Assembly (NCBI GenBank): GCA_041660505.1
Contig: JBAZWG010000001.1
Span: 609,768 to 673,767 of the forward strand
Length of the DNA stretch: 64,000 nt
Source: Minisyncoccota bacterium
Lineage (GTDB): Bacteria > Patescibacteriota > Minisyncoccia > Phycocordibacterales > JACRKE01
Reading direction: 5' to 3'
Position 1 is the stretch's first letter. Each line of letters begins with the position of its first letter. The notes under the pieces were generated by a model that saw only the letters and a program-made list of their open reading frames with translations, was not told where the DNA came from and made no database searches. This document shows positions 45,798 through 56,713 of the stretch, piece by piece. The position numbers and the translations under genes were made by a program.

Positions 45798-47168
45798 ATG
45801 CAAAAGAAAAAAGCGACAATTTATTTTCACTCCGGAGCGGGGACAGTGACGGGCGCGAACTTTCGATTGGTAGGTGACGAAGGGACACAAATACTTTTAG
45901 ACTGCGGGATGTTACAAGGCTCGAAAGTGGCAGACGACAAGAACTGGGACCCGTTCCCATATGAGCCGAAGGATATAACCGCGCTCTTTGTCAGCCATCC
46001 GCACATCGACCACGTTGGCCGTATCGCGCGCCTCGTGCGCATGGGCTTTACCGGCACTATTTATTCGACCGCACCATGCAAGGATATCGGCCTCCTTTTA
46101 CTCGAAGATAGCTTGGGCGTCATTGAGAAAGAATGCGTTCATGATTGCAGATTAGAGCCTCTCTACGCCATAGAAGACGTGAAGAAAGCCGAGACGATGT
46201 GGAAGACTCTTGACTATCATCAGACTGTAAAAGTTGGGGATTATAATGTTCTATTTCGCGATGCCGGCCATGTGCTCGGCTCCGCCATGACGGAGGTGGA
46301 ATGTAACGGTACGAAGCTTCTCTACACTGGTGATCTCGGCAATTCGCCGTCGCCCATCATGCACGACACCGAGATAGTGAAAGATGCTACGTACCTCATC
46401 ATGGAGAGCACTTACGGCAATCGCAATCACGAGCACAAAGAAGAACGAGCAGAAAAATTAAAAGAGATAATACAGAGTACCATCAACTTGGGGGGCACTC
46501 TCATGATACCGGCCTTCTCTGTCGAGCGCACACAAGAGTTGCTTTATGAAGTGAACGAGATGTTCCGAGATAAAAAGCTCGCACCAGTCACGACCTATCT
46601 GGATTCTCCCCTCGCGATAAAGGTGACGGCGGTATATGAGAAGTATAAGAATATGTTTAACGACCAAGCGCGGGCAGATATTCTTAAGGGCGATATCTTT
46701 AAATTCCCCGGTCTCAAGATGACGATGACAACCGACGAGTCGCGCGCCATTTTGCATGACACTCGTCCCAAGATAATCATTGCCGGTTCCGGCATGAGCA
46801 ACGGCGGGCGCATCATCCATCATGAACGCATTTATCTGCCCGACCCGAAGAACACACTTCTTCTTGTGAGTTATCAGTCTGCCGGGACACTTGGCCGTGT
46901 GATCCAAGACGGCGCCAAGGGCGTGCGTATATTGGGCGAGATGGTACCCGTGCGAGCTCAAGTCGTCTCTCTCCCGGGCTATTCTGCACACAAAGATTCC
47001 GACGGGCTCTTCAACTTCGTTGAGCAGTGCGACGGCAATTTGCAAAAAGTGTTCGTCGCACTTGGCGAGCCGGCCTCGGCGCTATTCATGGTCCAACGTA
47101 TTCGCGATTATCTCGGCTATCAAGCCTACGCACCGTCAGCAGGAGAAAAAGCCGAATTAGAATTTTAA
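45798..47168 (+). CDS. MBL-fold beta-CASP ribonuclease
   Basis: SHPHIDHVG, AGHVLGS, TGDLG, ESTYG, GSGM, SAH. Confidence 0.93.
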   Translation: MQKKKATIYFHSGAGTVTGANFRLVGDEGTQILLDCGMLQGSKVADDKNWDPFPYEPKDITALFVSHPHIDHVGRIARLVRMGFTGTIYSTAPCKDIGLLLLEDSLGVIEKECVHDCRLEPLYAIEDVKKAETMWKTLDYHQTVKVGDYNVLFRDAGHVLGSAMTEVECNGTKLLYTGDLGNSPSPIMHDTEIVKDATYLIMESTYGNRNHEHKEERAEKLKEIIQSTINLGGTLMIPAFSVERTQELLYEVNEMFRDKKLAPVTTYLDSPLAIKVTAVYEKYKNMFNDQARADILKGDIFKFPGLKMTMTTDESRAILHDTRPKIIIAGSGMSNGGRIIHHERIYLPDPKNTLLLVSYQSAGTLGRVIQDGAKGVRILGEMVPVRAQVVSLPGYSAHKDSDGLFNFVEQCDGNLQKVFVALGEPASALFMVQRIRDYLGYQAYAPSAGEKAELEF

Positions 47169-47235
47169 AAACTACCTGCCCGCCAAAGCCTGAGCTTCAG
47201 GCGATGGCAGGCGGGAAAACTACCAACTAAAAACT

Positions 47236-47874
47236 ATGGAAAAAACTCCTCCCGCCTCCAAGCATATTCACGAGAAGATCAAGATAGCCATCTCCGGCGC
47301 GGCCAAAACCGACTTCCTCCCGCAAGGTGTGCTTGATAGTGTTGAAATAGTGGGTGGCGAGATAGCACGCCAAGGCGCCATCATGATTTCTGGCGCTACG
47401 ACGGGTATCCCGCTCTGGGCGGCCAAGGGGTGCAAAGACGCTGGCGGTTTCTCGATAGGCATCTCGCCGGCCTTCAACGAGGCGGAGCATGTTGATTATT
47501 ACGGTTTGCCTTTAGACTATCTAGACTTAACAATTTACACTGGCCTCGGCTATCCCGGCCGCGACATCCTGATGATACGTACAGCGGACGCCATAGTCAT
47601 CGGCCCCGGCCGCGTGGGAACCCTGCACGAGTTTACCGTCGCCTTCGAAGATAATAAACCGATAGGCATTTTGACAAGCTCGGAATGGGAGACGGACGAC
47701 ATCATCAAGCTCATCATTGAGAAAAGCCATCGCGCCGAAGATAATAAAAAAGTGATCTATGATGCCGACCCCAAGAAGCTGGTCAAGCGTCTCATCGATC
47801 TCATAAAGATAGACAAAGCCGCCGTTCATGAGCCTGTCCCCGGCGCCTCCACCCAACCCGCGAAAGGGATGTAA
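47236..47874 (+). CDS. LOG/SLOG-family nucleotide-binding protein
   Basis: SGATTGIP, GISPA, TGLGYPGR, GRVGTLHEF. Confidence 0.85.
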   Translation: MEKTPPASKHIHEKIKIAISGAAKTDFLPQGVLDSVEIVGGEIARQGAIMISGATTGIPLWAAKGCKDAGGFSIGISPAFNEAEHVDYYGLPLDYLDLTIYTGLGYPGRDILMIRTADAIVIGPGRVGTLHEFTVAFEDNKPIGILTSSEWETDDIIKLIIEKSHRAEDNKKVIYDADPKKLVKRLIDLIKIDKAAVHEPVPGASTQPAKGM

Positions 47875-47949
47875 ATTTCTAACGGGACTTATCCCCAATA
47901 TTCTTGAAAAAACGTTTCTAGCGAAGCGTTTTTTTAGTACAATATAACC

Positions 47950-50900
47950 ATGGATTTATTAAAGCAACTCGCGGTGCTTGGGGCTTCGCTCTTGGCCTCT
48001 CTACCTGTTGTACCGACTGTGAATAATCCGCTTCCGACACGTACTGTGCAGGCGCCCGTCCTGACCGCCAGTGTCGTCCCGCCGGTCTACACACCGCCAG
48101 CGCCGGTGATTAACCCCGCACCCGCTCCTGCTCTTTCTCCTACTCTTGCGCCGGTTGCTCCGCTCGCGGCTGTTACCGTATTCAATCCGCTAAATTCTCT
48201 GTCGAAAAATCTCTCGGCCTTACAAAAGGCGATGAACCTTCTCACTTCCACTCTGGCGAAGCAGAAGACAATCACAAAGACTACTATTATTGCGAAAAGT
48301 CCGAGCACTATTTCCCAATACGATTTCCAAACCCAACTCAACCAGCTCGAGAATAAACTGACGGCGCAGATATTCGCCAACTCCAGATCAAGCAGTCTGC
48401 AGACGACTGCTATTTATCAGACCATCGGCCAGGCCACCAGAATAGACGCTTTGAACAGCGTTGATATTTCGGGCAGTACTATCACGAGCTCAAGCATTAC
48501 AGGCTATCTGCCTACCGGCGGAGGCAGTCTCTCCGGGTTATTGTCTGCACCGTACGCAAGTACTACAATGATTACCGCCGAGACAGCCTCGACCACCAAT
48601 CTCACAGTTTCGGGTTCAGCAACTTCAACATTCGCAAACGGCATCAGTATCGCAAGCGGTTGTTACAAATTGCCTGATGGTTCGTGCGCCGGCAGTGGGG
48701 GCTCATCCGCATCATCTACAATATTCTCTGTGGCGAACAGATTGTGGGTAGGCGGTACTGCCACCACGACCATCGATTCAACCGGGCTTCTGACCACACC
48801 AAATCTGCTCGCAACCGGTTCCACCACCCTCCAGAATTTCACCGCTGTTAATTCGACGACTACCAACGCGACTACGACGAATATGTATTCGTCTTCGCTC
48901 GTTGCGGGCAACGCAACAAGTACCAGCTTCTTCGCTACCAATTTCTGGGCCACGACCGCTTCCACCACCAATCTTACAGTTTCCGCCACCACCACCACTT
49001 CCGCCCTCGCCATCACCGGTAACTCTACCTCGACCGGCGCGAATGGTATTAATCTCTCGGCCGGATGCTTTGCGGTCAACGGCACTTGCGTTGGCGGGGG
49101 AGGTAGTGCAACGCCTGCCGGCTCCACGGGTCAGATACAATTTAACACCGCAGACGCTCTTGATGCTACATCGTCTCTGGTCTGGGACAACACGAACGGC
49201 CGTTTCGGCATCGGCACATCATCTCCGCTTCACGGCCTAGACGTAAACTACCGCACCACAGCCTTGAACTCCACAAACGATGGCGCGCTCGACGCTTGGA
49301 GGACGAATGGAACGGTCCTACCGAGCATAATCGAAGGGCATAGTGTGGTTGTGGCGAATGGTTATATATATTCGATTGGTGGCACTAATAATACCGACGT
49401 CATTTACGCCAAACTCAATAGTGATGGCAGTGTTGGGGTTTGGAGTACTACAACATTTTTACCGGAAGCGTTTTTAAACGGTGGTTCGGTCGTCGCAAAC
49501 GGATACATCTATATAATAGATGGCACTGGCTCTGGTAACACCTATTATTCTAAGATTAACGGAGATGGCACACTTGGCGCGTGGAATGCGACGACCGTTC
49601 AGTCGGCAGGTAAATATGGTGTTTCTGCGGTATCGGTCAATGGTTATATTTTCGCCTTCGGTGGGTCTGATGCGATCTACTCGGCTAAAATAAATGGCGA
49701 CGGCACTGTTGGAGCATGGGCGACCGGAGTAAATCTTCTGCCAGAGCCAATATCTTATCAAACATTCGTTACTGCAAACGGTTATATTTATGCTATTGGT
49801 GGTTGTGGAGATGTAAACTGTTCCTCGAATAAAGTTTATTACGCCAAGGCGAACAGTGATGGCACGACCGGCGCGTGGGCTACGGCAAGCGACTTGCCCG
49901 ACACCGCAGATGGGTCTACAGCCGTTGTTGTTAACGGCTATCTATATGTCATGGGCGGGTATAGTGATATTGTCGGTACACCAGTGAGTACTGTGTACCG
50001 AGCAAAATTGAATGCCGGTGGCAGTGTCGGTGCGTGGAGTGTCGACACATCTATGCCAGGCACTTCCTACTACGGCGCTTCGGTTACTGCCAATGGATAC
50101 ATATATACTCTCGGAGGAGAAGACGTGGCATTCAATGCCGTCGACACCATATTCTACACCTCCACCGCTCGTACGCAGATTGCTGGGGCACTTGATTTGA
50201 TAGGTCTCTCTGCCGCTTCAAGTACTCTGGCAGACGCAGGACTTGCGGCAAGCTCTATTTATGCCGGAGACATCTTCAGCACACACGACCTCTCTGTCGC
50301 CGGTAACACCTCGCTTTGGAACGGACTCTCGGTAAACGGCGTCAGCGCTATGGCTTCGACCTCTGTTACGGCGCTTACTGTTTCCGGCGCGGGCAACGGC
50401 GCTACCACTCAATGTTTGCAGGTTGATTCTGCGGGTGTCGTCTCCGGTTCAGGCAATATCTGCGGTGCCGGTACATTTATATTCAATCCGGTGCAGAACT
50501 TCGGTGTTAATGTCAACTCGACGTCAACTCCAATGTGGCTGACAGCCGGGATAATGGCATCGTCTACATCCTATTTTGGAGATGTTTCTGCCGCATACGC
50601 AACCTCATCCCATCTGGCTCTCACCAATGTCACCGATGGGCTCTCTTGGTTCCCGGACTCCAACAATCGTGCGCACCTTTCTCGCGACGGCCTCGGCACC
50701 ATGAATTTCGATTTCTTTGAGTCTTTGGTCAGAATTGGCACTATCGGGGGTGCATATCCATTGGTTCTCAAGACTAACGATACGGAAGCATTGCGCATCG
50801 ATAGCTCCCAGAATATCGGCATCGGCGGTGCGCCGTCGGCAGATAAATTAAGAGTTGTTGGCAACGAGACGGTAACCGGCATTTTGACAGTCTCCGGCGG

Positions 50901-53184
50901 AGCCGCTATAGGAACTGTTACCTCCGGTACATGGAACGGAACTGCTGTAAGTTACGCGAATGGTGGTACAGGTCAGACAAGCTGGACCAAGGGCCAGCTC
51001 CTCTATGCAAGCGCCGATAATGTACTCGACAAACTTGATATAGGGAGCTCGGGCAAGGTGCTTACCGCCTCCGTTGCCGGCGTGCCGGTGTGGGCGGACG
51101 GCATTGCTGGCGGGGATGCTATCGGCGGCGGTTGGTCTACGACAACAGATAATCTAATCGCTTATCCGACAGATCCGGGTGAAGTTATAGTTGTCGGCAA
51201 CTCCGGTACGTCTACGCTCGGCACCGACCTTAGTGCCAGATTTGAATTGTTTGGCGGGTTAGCGCTATTCCATAAAAATATAATAATGACCGACAGTGCG
51301 ATGATTGGTATTGGTACTTCCTCGCCCTACGCTCCTCTTTCTGTCTTGGGTCAGATAGTTTCATCATACTTCACCGCGACCACATCTACGGCTTCATTGT
51401 TCCCGTACGCGAGTACGACCATGTTCACCTTTGTAACAGCTTCGACCACCAACCTTGTTGTGTCAGGCACGGCGACCACAACCGGTCTCGCTGTTATCGG
51501 CAACGCCACCTCCACGTTCGCAAACGGCATCGATTTGGCTGCCGGATGTCTTCTTATGAACGGCGAATGTTTCGTCGGTGGAGCCACCCCAGCGGGCGTA
51601 TCCGGCAACATCCAATTTAATTCCAGTAATGCCCTGGCGGCAAATTCTAATCTGACATGGAATAATACTGCCGGCATGCTCGGTATCGGTACCTCTACTC
51701 CATATGCTGCGCTCTCTGTTTGGGGCAACTCTACGACGACGGGCCGAGCCTTCGAGATATCGGACAGCGCATCCACCACTATTTTCTCCGTTGATAATTC
51801 CGGCACGACCACCATCAGCTTTTTGAATGTCGGTGCCGCTAGCTTCGAGGAAGATGCCGGCGCGGTTTCGTGGATAAATATGCCGACCTCGACGACCACG
51901 GCAAATATCCAGCTCTCATATTCTGCACAGATAGCGGATACAGACCTGCTCACGGTGTTTGCGAGCACGACCGTGACGGCTGGCTCGCCAACCAACTATA
52001 AGATTGTCGTTGGCACAACTTCGCCTGACATTCTGGGTATAAACAACAACGAAACCACACCTCTCATTGTGAGCAATGGCGGGCTGTGTATTGGATTCGG
52101 CAGTACCGATTGTGCGCGAGCGCTTACGGCGGGGGATATCTATTACAACAGCGCACATGCGAGTTATGGTGACGTCGCGGAGCGATATCCTTCGATGGGG
52201 AGCCCTGTGGCCGGAGAGATTGTCTCTCTTGACCCACTGCATCCCGCCTTTGTCGAGCGCGCGTCTAAGACCGCCAGTACCACACTACTTGGTATCGTGA
52301 CAACAGCGCCCGGCATGGTTCTAGGTGGAAGGGATCTCGATACGAGCGGTGCTTCGACAACCGTCGGCGTAGCACTTTCCGGTCGCGTACCGACGAAGGT
52401 TAATCTTGAAGGCGGAGAGATTAAGATTGGCGACTACATAACTTTATCATCAGTAGCGGGCGTGGGTATGAAGGCGACAACTTCCGGTCAGACTGTCGGT
52501 ATCGCGCTAGAAAATTATAACGGTAACGGTGGCAGTGATATTGGTAAAATCTTGGTATTCGTCAATCTCGGCTATCAGAAGCTTTCGCCTAATCTTGCCG
52601 ATGGCAACTTGGACCTCGCCGGCCAAGCTATCACGAATGTTTCTAAGCTCACTTCAGTATCAGGCAATTGGAGTTTGGACGAGAACGGTAAACTTGTAAT
52701 AAAAGATTTGACTGTTGGCTCATCAGCACGGCCGGCCGGCGTGACGCTCTTCGATAAAGCTACCGGCGCCGCTTACTGCTTCTATATAATGAACGGTGCG
52801 CCGGCGACTGCCTCTGGAGATTGCGCCACAGCGAATATTTCCAATTCTAATTCGACTCCGGCAGTTGAGCCTACTGCTTCGGGTACGTCATCTGCCGACA
52901 CATCCGCCTCATCGGCGGACAATGAGGCTCCGGTTGTTACGATAACAGGTCTTAATCCTTCAACGATAGACGTAGGTTCAAGCTACAGCGATATGGGGGC
53001 GACAGTCACAGACAATGTAGATCACAATCTCGGCATAATTACAACGGGCGATCAGATAGACACCAGTATATTGGGCGCACATGAAGTTATGTATAATGCC
53101 ACGGACTCGGCGGGGAATAAAGCAATAGAGCAGATACGAACGGTAAACGTAATAGATCCAAATGCAACTACAACCACACCATGA
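47950..53184 (+). CDS. large Thr/Ser-rich surface/fibre protein with Kelch-like propeller, tail-fibre-like region and C-terminal Ig-like (DUF5011-like) domain
   Basis: Signal peptide, six NGY(I/L)Y-type repeats, GIGTSSP repeats, DVAERY...GRVPTKV...GDYIT, APVVTITG...GATVTD. Confidence 0.85.
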   Translation: MDLLKQLAVLGASLLASLPVVPTVNNPLPTRTVQAPVLTASVVPPVYTPPAPVINPAPAPALSPTLAPVAPLAAVTVFNPLNSLSKNLSALQKAMNLLTSTLAKQKTITKTTIIAKSPSTISQYDFQTQLNQLENKLTAQIFANSRSSSLQTTAIYQTIGQATRIDALNSVDISGSTITSSSITGYLPTGGGSLSGLLSAPYASTTMITAETASTTNLTVSGSATSTFANGISIASGCYKLPDGSCAGSGGSSASSTIFSVANRLWVGGTATTTIDSTGLLTTPNLLATGSTTLQNFTAVNSTTTNATTTNMYSSSLVAGNATSTSFFATNFWATTASTTNLTVSATTTTSALAITGNSTSTGANGINLSAGCFAVNGTCVGGGGSATPAGSTGQIQFNTADALDATSSLVWDNTNGRFGIGTSSPLHGLDVNYRTTALNSTNDGALDAWRTNGTVLPSIIEGHSVVVANGYIYSIGGTNNTDVIYAKLNSDGSVGVWSTTTFLPEAFLNGGSVVANGYIYIIDGTGSGNTYYSKINGDGTLGAWNATTVQSAGKYGVSAVSVNGYIFAFGGSDAIYSAKINGDGTVGAWATGVNLLPEPISYQTFVTANGYIYAIGGCGDVNCSSNKVYYAKANSDGTTGAWATASDLPDTADGSTAVVVNGYLYVMGGYSDIVGTPVSTVYRAKLNAGGSVGAWSVDTSMPGTSYYGASVTANGYIYTLGGEDVAFNAVDTIFYTSTARTQIAGALDLIGLSAASSTLADAGLAASSIYAGDIFSTHDLSVAGNTSLWNGLSVNGVSAMASTSVTALTVSGAGNGATTQCLQVDSAGVVSGSGNICGAGTFIFNPVQNFGVNVNSTSTPMWLTAGIMASSTSYFGDVSAAYATSSHLALTNVTDGLSWFPDSNNRAHLSRDGLGTMNFDFFESLVRIGTIGGAYPLVLKTNDTEALRIDSSQNIGIGGAPSADKLRVVGNETVTGILTVSGGAAIGTVTSGTWNGTAVSYANGGTGQTSWTKGQLLYASADNVLDKLDIGSSGKVLTASVAGVPVWADGIAGGDAIGGGWSTTTDNLIAYPTDPGEVIVVGNSGTSTLGTDLSARFELFGGLALFHKNIIMTDSAMIGIGTSSPYAPLSVLGQIVSSYFTATTSTASLFPYASTTMFTFVTASTTNLVVSGTATTTGLAVIGNATSTFANGIDLAAGCLLMNGECFVGGATPAGVSGNIQFNSSNALAANSNLTWNNTAGMLGIGTSTPYAALSVWGNSTTTGRAFEISDSASTTIFSVDNSGTTTISFLNVGAASFEEDAGAVSWINMPTSTTTANIQLSYSAQIADTDLLTVFASTTVTAGSPTNYKIVVGTTSPDILGINNNETTPLIVSNGGLCIGFGSTDCARALTAGDIYYNSAHASYGDVAERYPSMGSPVAGEIVSLDPLHPAFVERASKTASTTLLGIVTTAPGMVLGGRDLDTSGASTTVGVALSGRVPTKVNLEGGEIKIGDYITLSSVAGVGMKATTSGQTVGIALENYNGNGGSDIGKILVFVNLGYQKLSPNLADGNLDLAGQAITNVSKLTSVSGNWSLDENGKLVIKDLTVGSSARPAGVTLFDKATGAAYCFYIMNGAPATASGDCATANISNSNSTPAVEPTASGTSSADTSASSADNEAPVVTITGLNPSTIDVGSSYSDMGATVTDNVDHNLGIITTGDQIDTSILGAHEVMYNATDSAGNKAIEQIRTVNVIDPNATTTTP

Positions 53185-54665
53185 GACTCAAACTGGCAAT
53201 TTTTCTCCCCCTTGTTTTCATGGCCTTGCCCGCTCACGCCGCATTTGTTATTTCACCTACGCTGGGCAACATCACCAGTGGGCTTGTTGGCTGGTGGACA
53301 TTCGACTCAAGGGACATAACGAGTGGTACTGTCACGAACCGAGGAAGTCTTGGTGGAACCGGCACTCGTGTTGGCGGCACGGCTGGGGTGGGAAAGATTG
53401 CACAGGCTTTGAGTTTCGATGGTTCGACCGGTTACGTGGACGTCGGTAATAGTGGTAGTTACGATGCGGGTGCAAACTGGACGGTATCATCGTGGTTCAC
53501 AAATACGCAAAGTTCTTCAGAGGAGCGATATATTGCAACTAAATACAATGGCCAACAGGCATGGTTTATTGGTACAAAAATAGATGGTTTTGCGGGAATT
53601 GGTTGTGAGGTTAGGTCCGGTTCTCCGGAGACTTTTACATACGCAATCGATAGTAGTAGCGAATATAGGGACTCAAAATGGCATTTCGTCGCCTGTACCA
53701 AATCGGGAACTACAGTCAAGATTTACATAGATGGCATATTGAAAAACTCATCGACCAACGCAAGTCTCGGTAGTTCCAACACCGGAACGCGAGAGGCTGT
53801 CATCGGTGGCGTTGATACGGGTAGTCCCAGCGCAAGCTGGCTCGGCAAAATAGATGATACGCGAATTTATAATCGCGCACTCTCCGAGAGTGAGGTTTAT
53901 ACATTATATCGATATGGAAGCGCAAAAATAGTTATTAACTCTGTGGCCGCCATGGGTCAAACAGCAAGTGCGAAAATCACAACTAATTCTTCACAGATTT
54001 CACAGCCGAATAATCTAAAAACCGGATTGATAGGTTACTGGACGTTCGACGGCAAAGATATGACGGCAACGGCGGCGCTGGACAAAAGCGGCAATAACAA
54101 TACAGCAATAGCGACAGGATCCCTTCTGCCTATCGCAGGAAAGATCGGTCAGGCAATGAAGCTCGATGGGTCAACAAATTGTTTTACGGTAACTCAGACA
54201 GCCTCATTAAACAGCTTCAGCAGTCAAACAATATCAGCTTGGATTAAACCTACGAGTGTGATTGCCAGTAAAAATTTCGTATATAAGGTTCATACAGACG
54301 GCAATGTTATGTATGTATTATGGCGAAATGGTTCTAGTTGGAAGTATTCGGTTGCCCCTGTTGATACTCAATATGACGCTGTTGCTACAGGTAAAGCCAT
54401 CTTAAATAAATGGTCTCATGTCGTAGGCGTTTATGACGGCTCTAATATTTATATTTACATTGATGGTATAGCTATAGGATCGCCCGTAGCGGTAACAGGG
54501 ACAGTCGATACGGGAACTGCCAAAAATCTCGCAATCGGTGGCAACTCTGCAGTCGCCGCGTGCCCAGCTAGTTCATCAGCTAATGGAATAATAGATGACG
54601 TCCGCATCTACAACCGCGCACTGTCGGCAAACGAAATATATCAGCTCTATCGGTTGGGTAAATAG
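53181..54665 (+). CDS. secreted protein with two LamG/concanavalin-like domains
   Basis: GL(V/I)G(W/Y)WTFD twice, IDD(T/V)RIYNRALS twice. Confidence 0.9.
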   Translation: MRLKLAIFLPLVFMALPAHAAFVISPTLGNITSGLVGWWTFDSRDITSGTVTNRGSLGGTGTRVGGTAGVGKIAQALSFDGSTGYVDVGNSGSYDAGANWTVSSWFTNTQSSSEERYIATKYNGQQAWFIGTKIDGFAGIGCEVRSGSPETFTYAIDSSSEYRDSKWHFVACTKSGTTVKIYIDGILKNSSTNASLGSSNTGTREAVIGGVDTGSPSASWLGKIDDTRIYNRALSESEVYTLYRYGSAKIVINSVAAMGQTASAKITTNSSQISQPNNLKTGLIGYWTFDGKDMTATAALDKSGNNNTAIATGSLLPIAGKIGQAMKLDGSTNCFTVTQTASLNSFSSQTISAWIKPTSVIASKNFVYKVHTDGNVMYVLWRNGSSWKYSVAPVDTQYDAVATGKAILNKWSHVVGVYDGSNIYIYIDGIAIGSPVAVTGTVDTGTAKNLAIGGNSAVAACPASSSANGIIDDVRIYNRALSANEIYQLYRLGK

Positions 54666-54673
54666 CAGAATTA

Positions 54674-55543
54674 TTAAAACCAGCTTCTGATTTCCTGCAT
54701 CTGCTGTTTGTACTGATACGATGGCGACTCGGCCGGTGTTTCTAATAAAAGAGGAATAAATCCGCCGGTTTTTTTATTCAAGAGCTCGATGAAGTTTTTC
54801 AATCCTTTTTTACCAATTTCGCCTCGATCTATATCTGCATGTCTGTCGAGCCTGGAGCCGCACGGGTTTTTAGAATCGTTAAAGTGCGCGCAGGCCAGAT
54901 GTTCCAGCCCGACTGTTTTATCGAATAAATCCAGTGCTTCGCTGGCAGATTTTTCATTCGTCCAATCATAGCCGGCGGCGAATGAATGTTCGGTGTCCAG
55001 GCAGGCTTTGAGATGTTTAGACCTATGATGCTTCAGAATATTCTTGAATATCGTGCCGTAATCTTCAAACGCAAAGCCGATTTCTGTGCCTTGGCCGGCG
55101 GTGTTTTCTAATATCAAATCTACTTTAAGTTTTTCGGCTGTAGGCAAGATACTCGCAATTTGTTTCTCGAAATTTTCTCGCGCCACAGCCGGATCCTGAC
55201 CAACCGTCTTACCCATGTGAAGGACGACACCGTTTAATCCACAGGCCGAGGCGATGGCCAAATCTTCCTCCAAGAGTTGGAACTGATAAGAATCGCGAGG
55301 CTGTTTCTTGGCGAAATTTAAAAGATACGAGGCATGCAATACGCCGTACGTAAGTGGGCTAGTCTTGAAGTAGGCGAGAGCCTCGGCCGCTTCTGATTTA
55401 AATTCGCCCTTAAGTTTTCCCGAGCGAGGACTCTTGCCGAACATGTGTAGGGCAGTGGCACCATCGGCCACGGCACTCTCAAAAGCGCCCTTGTACCCCC
55501 CGCCGGCGATAGAATAAAAAGCACCAAGTGGGTTCTGAAGCAT
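54674..55543 (-). CDS. nfo: endonuclease IV
   Basis: HASYLLN, VVLHMG, LENTAGQG, CLDTEH, HFNDSK, DRHA, LETP. Confidence 0.92.
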   Translation of the reverse strand: MLQNPLGAFYSIAGGGYKGAFESAVADGATALHMFGKSPRSGKLKGEFKSEAAEALAYFKTSPLTYGVLHASYLLNFAKKQPRDSYQFQLLEEDLAIASACGLNGVVLHMGKTVGQDPAVARENFEKQIASILPTAEKLKVDLILENTAGQGTEIGFAFEDYGTIFKNILKHHRSKHLKACLDTEHSFAAGYDWTNEKSASEALDLFDKTVGLEHLACAHFNDSKNPCGSRLDRHADIDRGEIGKKGLKNFIELLNKKTGGFIPLLLETPAESPSYQYKQQMQEIRSWF

Positions 55544-55624
55544 GCAATTACTATAACATATTGATTAAAAGAGGCGAGCGAAATTTAAAGTTGCTATCAA
55601 AAACCGGCTGTGATAGAATACCAA

Positions 55625-55718
55625 TGTGCTTGTGGGGCGTCAGCCCTGTTCGGCTAATACATAAGCTGAAGGCAGGCACAACAAAGATACTCCGTAACAA
55701 CGGGGTGTTTTTGTTTTT
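55625..55718 (+). ncRNA. small RNA candidate (three-way junction plus terminator)
   Basis: TTGCTA-N17-TAGAAT promoter with TG extension, TGTGCTTGT/GCAGGCACA closing stem, two inner hairpins, terminator. Confidence 0.5.
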
Positions 55719-56198
55719 TTAATCCTCGTCCGGATGCCCCTTCATTGTCGTAAAAAACTTTGTGTCGCGATACCTATTTGTGACCCATGCTGGAACGATA
55801 CTCCAGAAATGAGGAAGTCCATTGTCGCCAACCCTTCTAATTATAACCTTGATTTTTCTACCGTCGATTATCGCAATAATTCCCCAATAATGTACCGATT
55901 TTGTTTTTTGGATTCGTGCTTTATGACTTTTGACCGAGAATTCCTGTACAGTTTCCTCGAACTCTTGATAGGTAGTAGAAAGGCCAATTAACTTTATTGC
56001 CAATGGTAGCAGCTTAAACCGAAGTATTTGAGACGGACGCTCTCTTTCGGTTCGATGATTTTTGAACAAAATATGATTGAACCCTTCTGACGGAAGGTGA
56101 ATTTCCTTATTGAGAGCAGGAGAAAATACAATATGAACGTTTCTGTAATAGTTAAATGCGTTTTCCTTCAGTTTGGCATAGTTCAACAGGTCGTCCAT
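55719..56198 (-). CDS. hypothetical basic protein (possible RelE/BECR-like nuclease fold)
   Basis: GFNHILFK...YWGIIAII...IKVIIRRVG...HFWSIVP; fold is inferred; start 56198 or 56204. Confidence 0.7.
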   Translation of the reverse strand: MDDLLNYAKLKENAFNYYRNVHIVFSPALNKEIHLPSEGFNHILFKNHRTERERPSQILRFKLLPLAIKLIGLSTTYQEFEETVQEFSVKSHKARIQKTKSVHYWGIIAIIDGRKIKVIIRRVGDNGLPHFWSIVPAWVTNRYRDTKFFTTMKGHPDED

Positions 56199-56257
56199 GC
56201 TCATATTTTAACACGAACACAACAAAAAAGCCCTTGATTTAGTGCCCTTTGCATTTG

Positions 56258-56290
56258 TCCCTTCTCCTTCGGAGAAGGCCAGGATGAGGT
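56258..56290 (-). repeat. REP-like family C, intergenic
   Basis: Reverse complement ACCTCATCCTGGCCTTCTCCGAAGGAGAAGGGA. Confidence 0.7.
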
Positions 56291-56296
56291 GGTATC

Positions 56297-56650
56297 TTAA
56301 ATCCCTGAAATTGCCAATTGCGCCACGGCTTCGAATACCTTCGGATAGTCTGCGGCTAAGGTGGCGAGGACTTTGCGGTCGAGTTCTACGTTCTTCTTTT
56401 TGAGGTTGCCCATCAGCTTGCTGAAGGAGATGCCGTGTTTCTTCGATTCTGCGCCGATCTTGGTCTGGAAGAGCGCGCGCATATCACGCTTCTTGTCGCG
56501 GCGATGGCCGAAGGCGTATTGGTAGGCGTGAGCGAGGGCCTCCTTGGCAGCGGCCTCCTTCTTGGAGCGGCCGAAGCGATAACCCTTTACCTGCTTGAGT
56601 ACGTTTCTGCGGCGCTTCTGCGCGTTTAGTCCTTTCTTGATTCTGGCCAT
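56297..56650 (-). CDS. rplT: 50S ribosomal protein L20
   Basis: MARIKKG, KGYRFGRS, RRDKKRDMR, LDRKVLA. Confidence 0.97.
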   Translation of the reverse strand: MARIKKGLNAQKRRRNVLKQVKGYRFGRSKKEAAAKEALAHAYQYAFGHRRDKKRDMRALFQTKIGAESKKHGISFSKLMGNLKKKNVELDRKVLATLAADYPKVFEAVAQLAISGI

Positions 56651-56713
56651 ATCTTTAGTTTAAAAATTAAATATCAAAAATCAAAATTTGAACTTTGATT
56701 TTTTATTTTTGAT

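Noticed and set aside
47950-53184. Prophage tail gene
   Set aside because: Has a signal peptide, and no capsid, terminase or integrase genes are in the window
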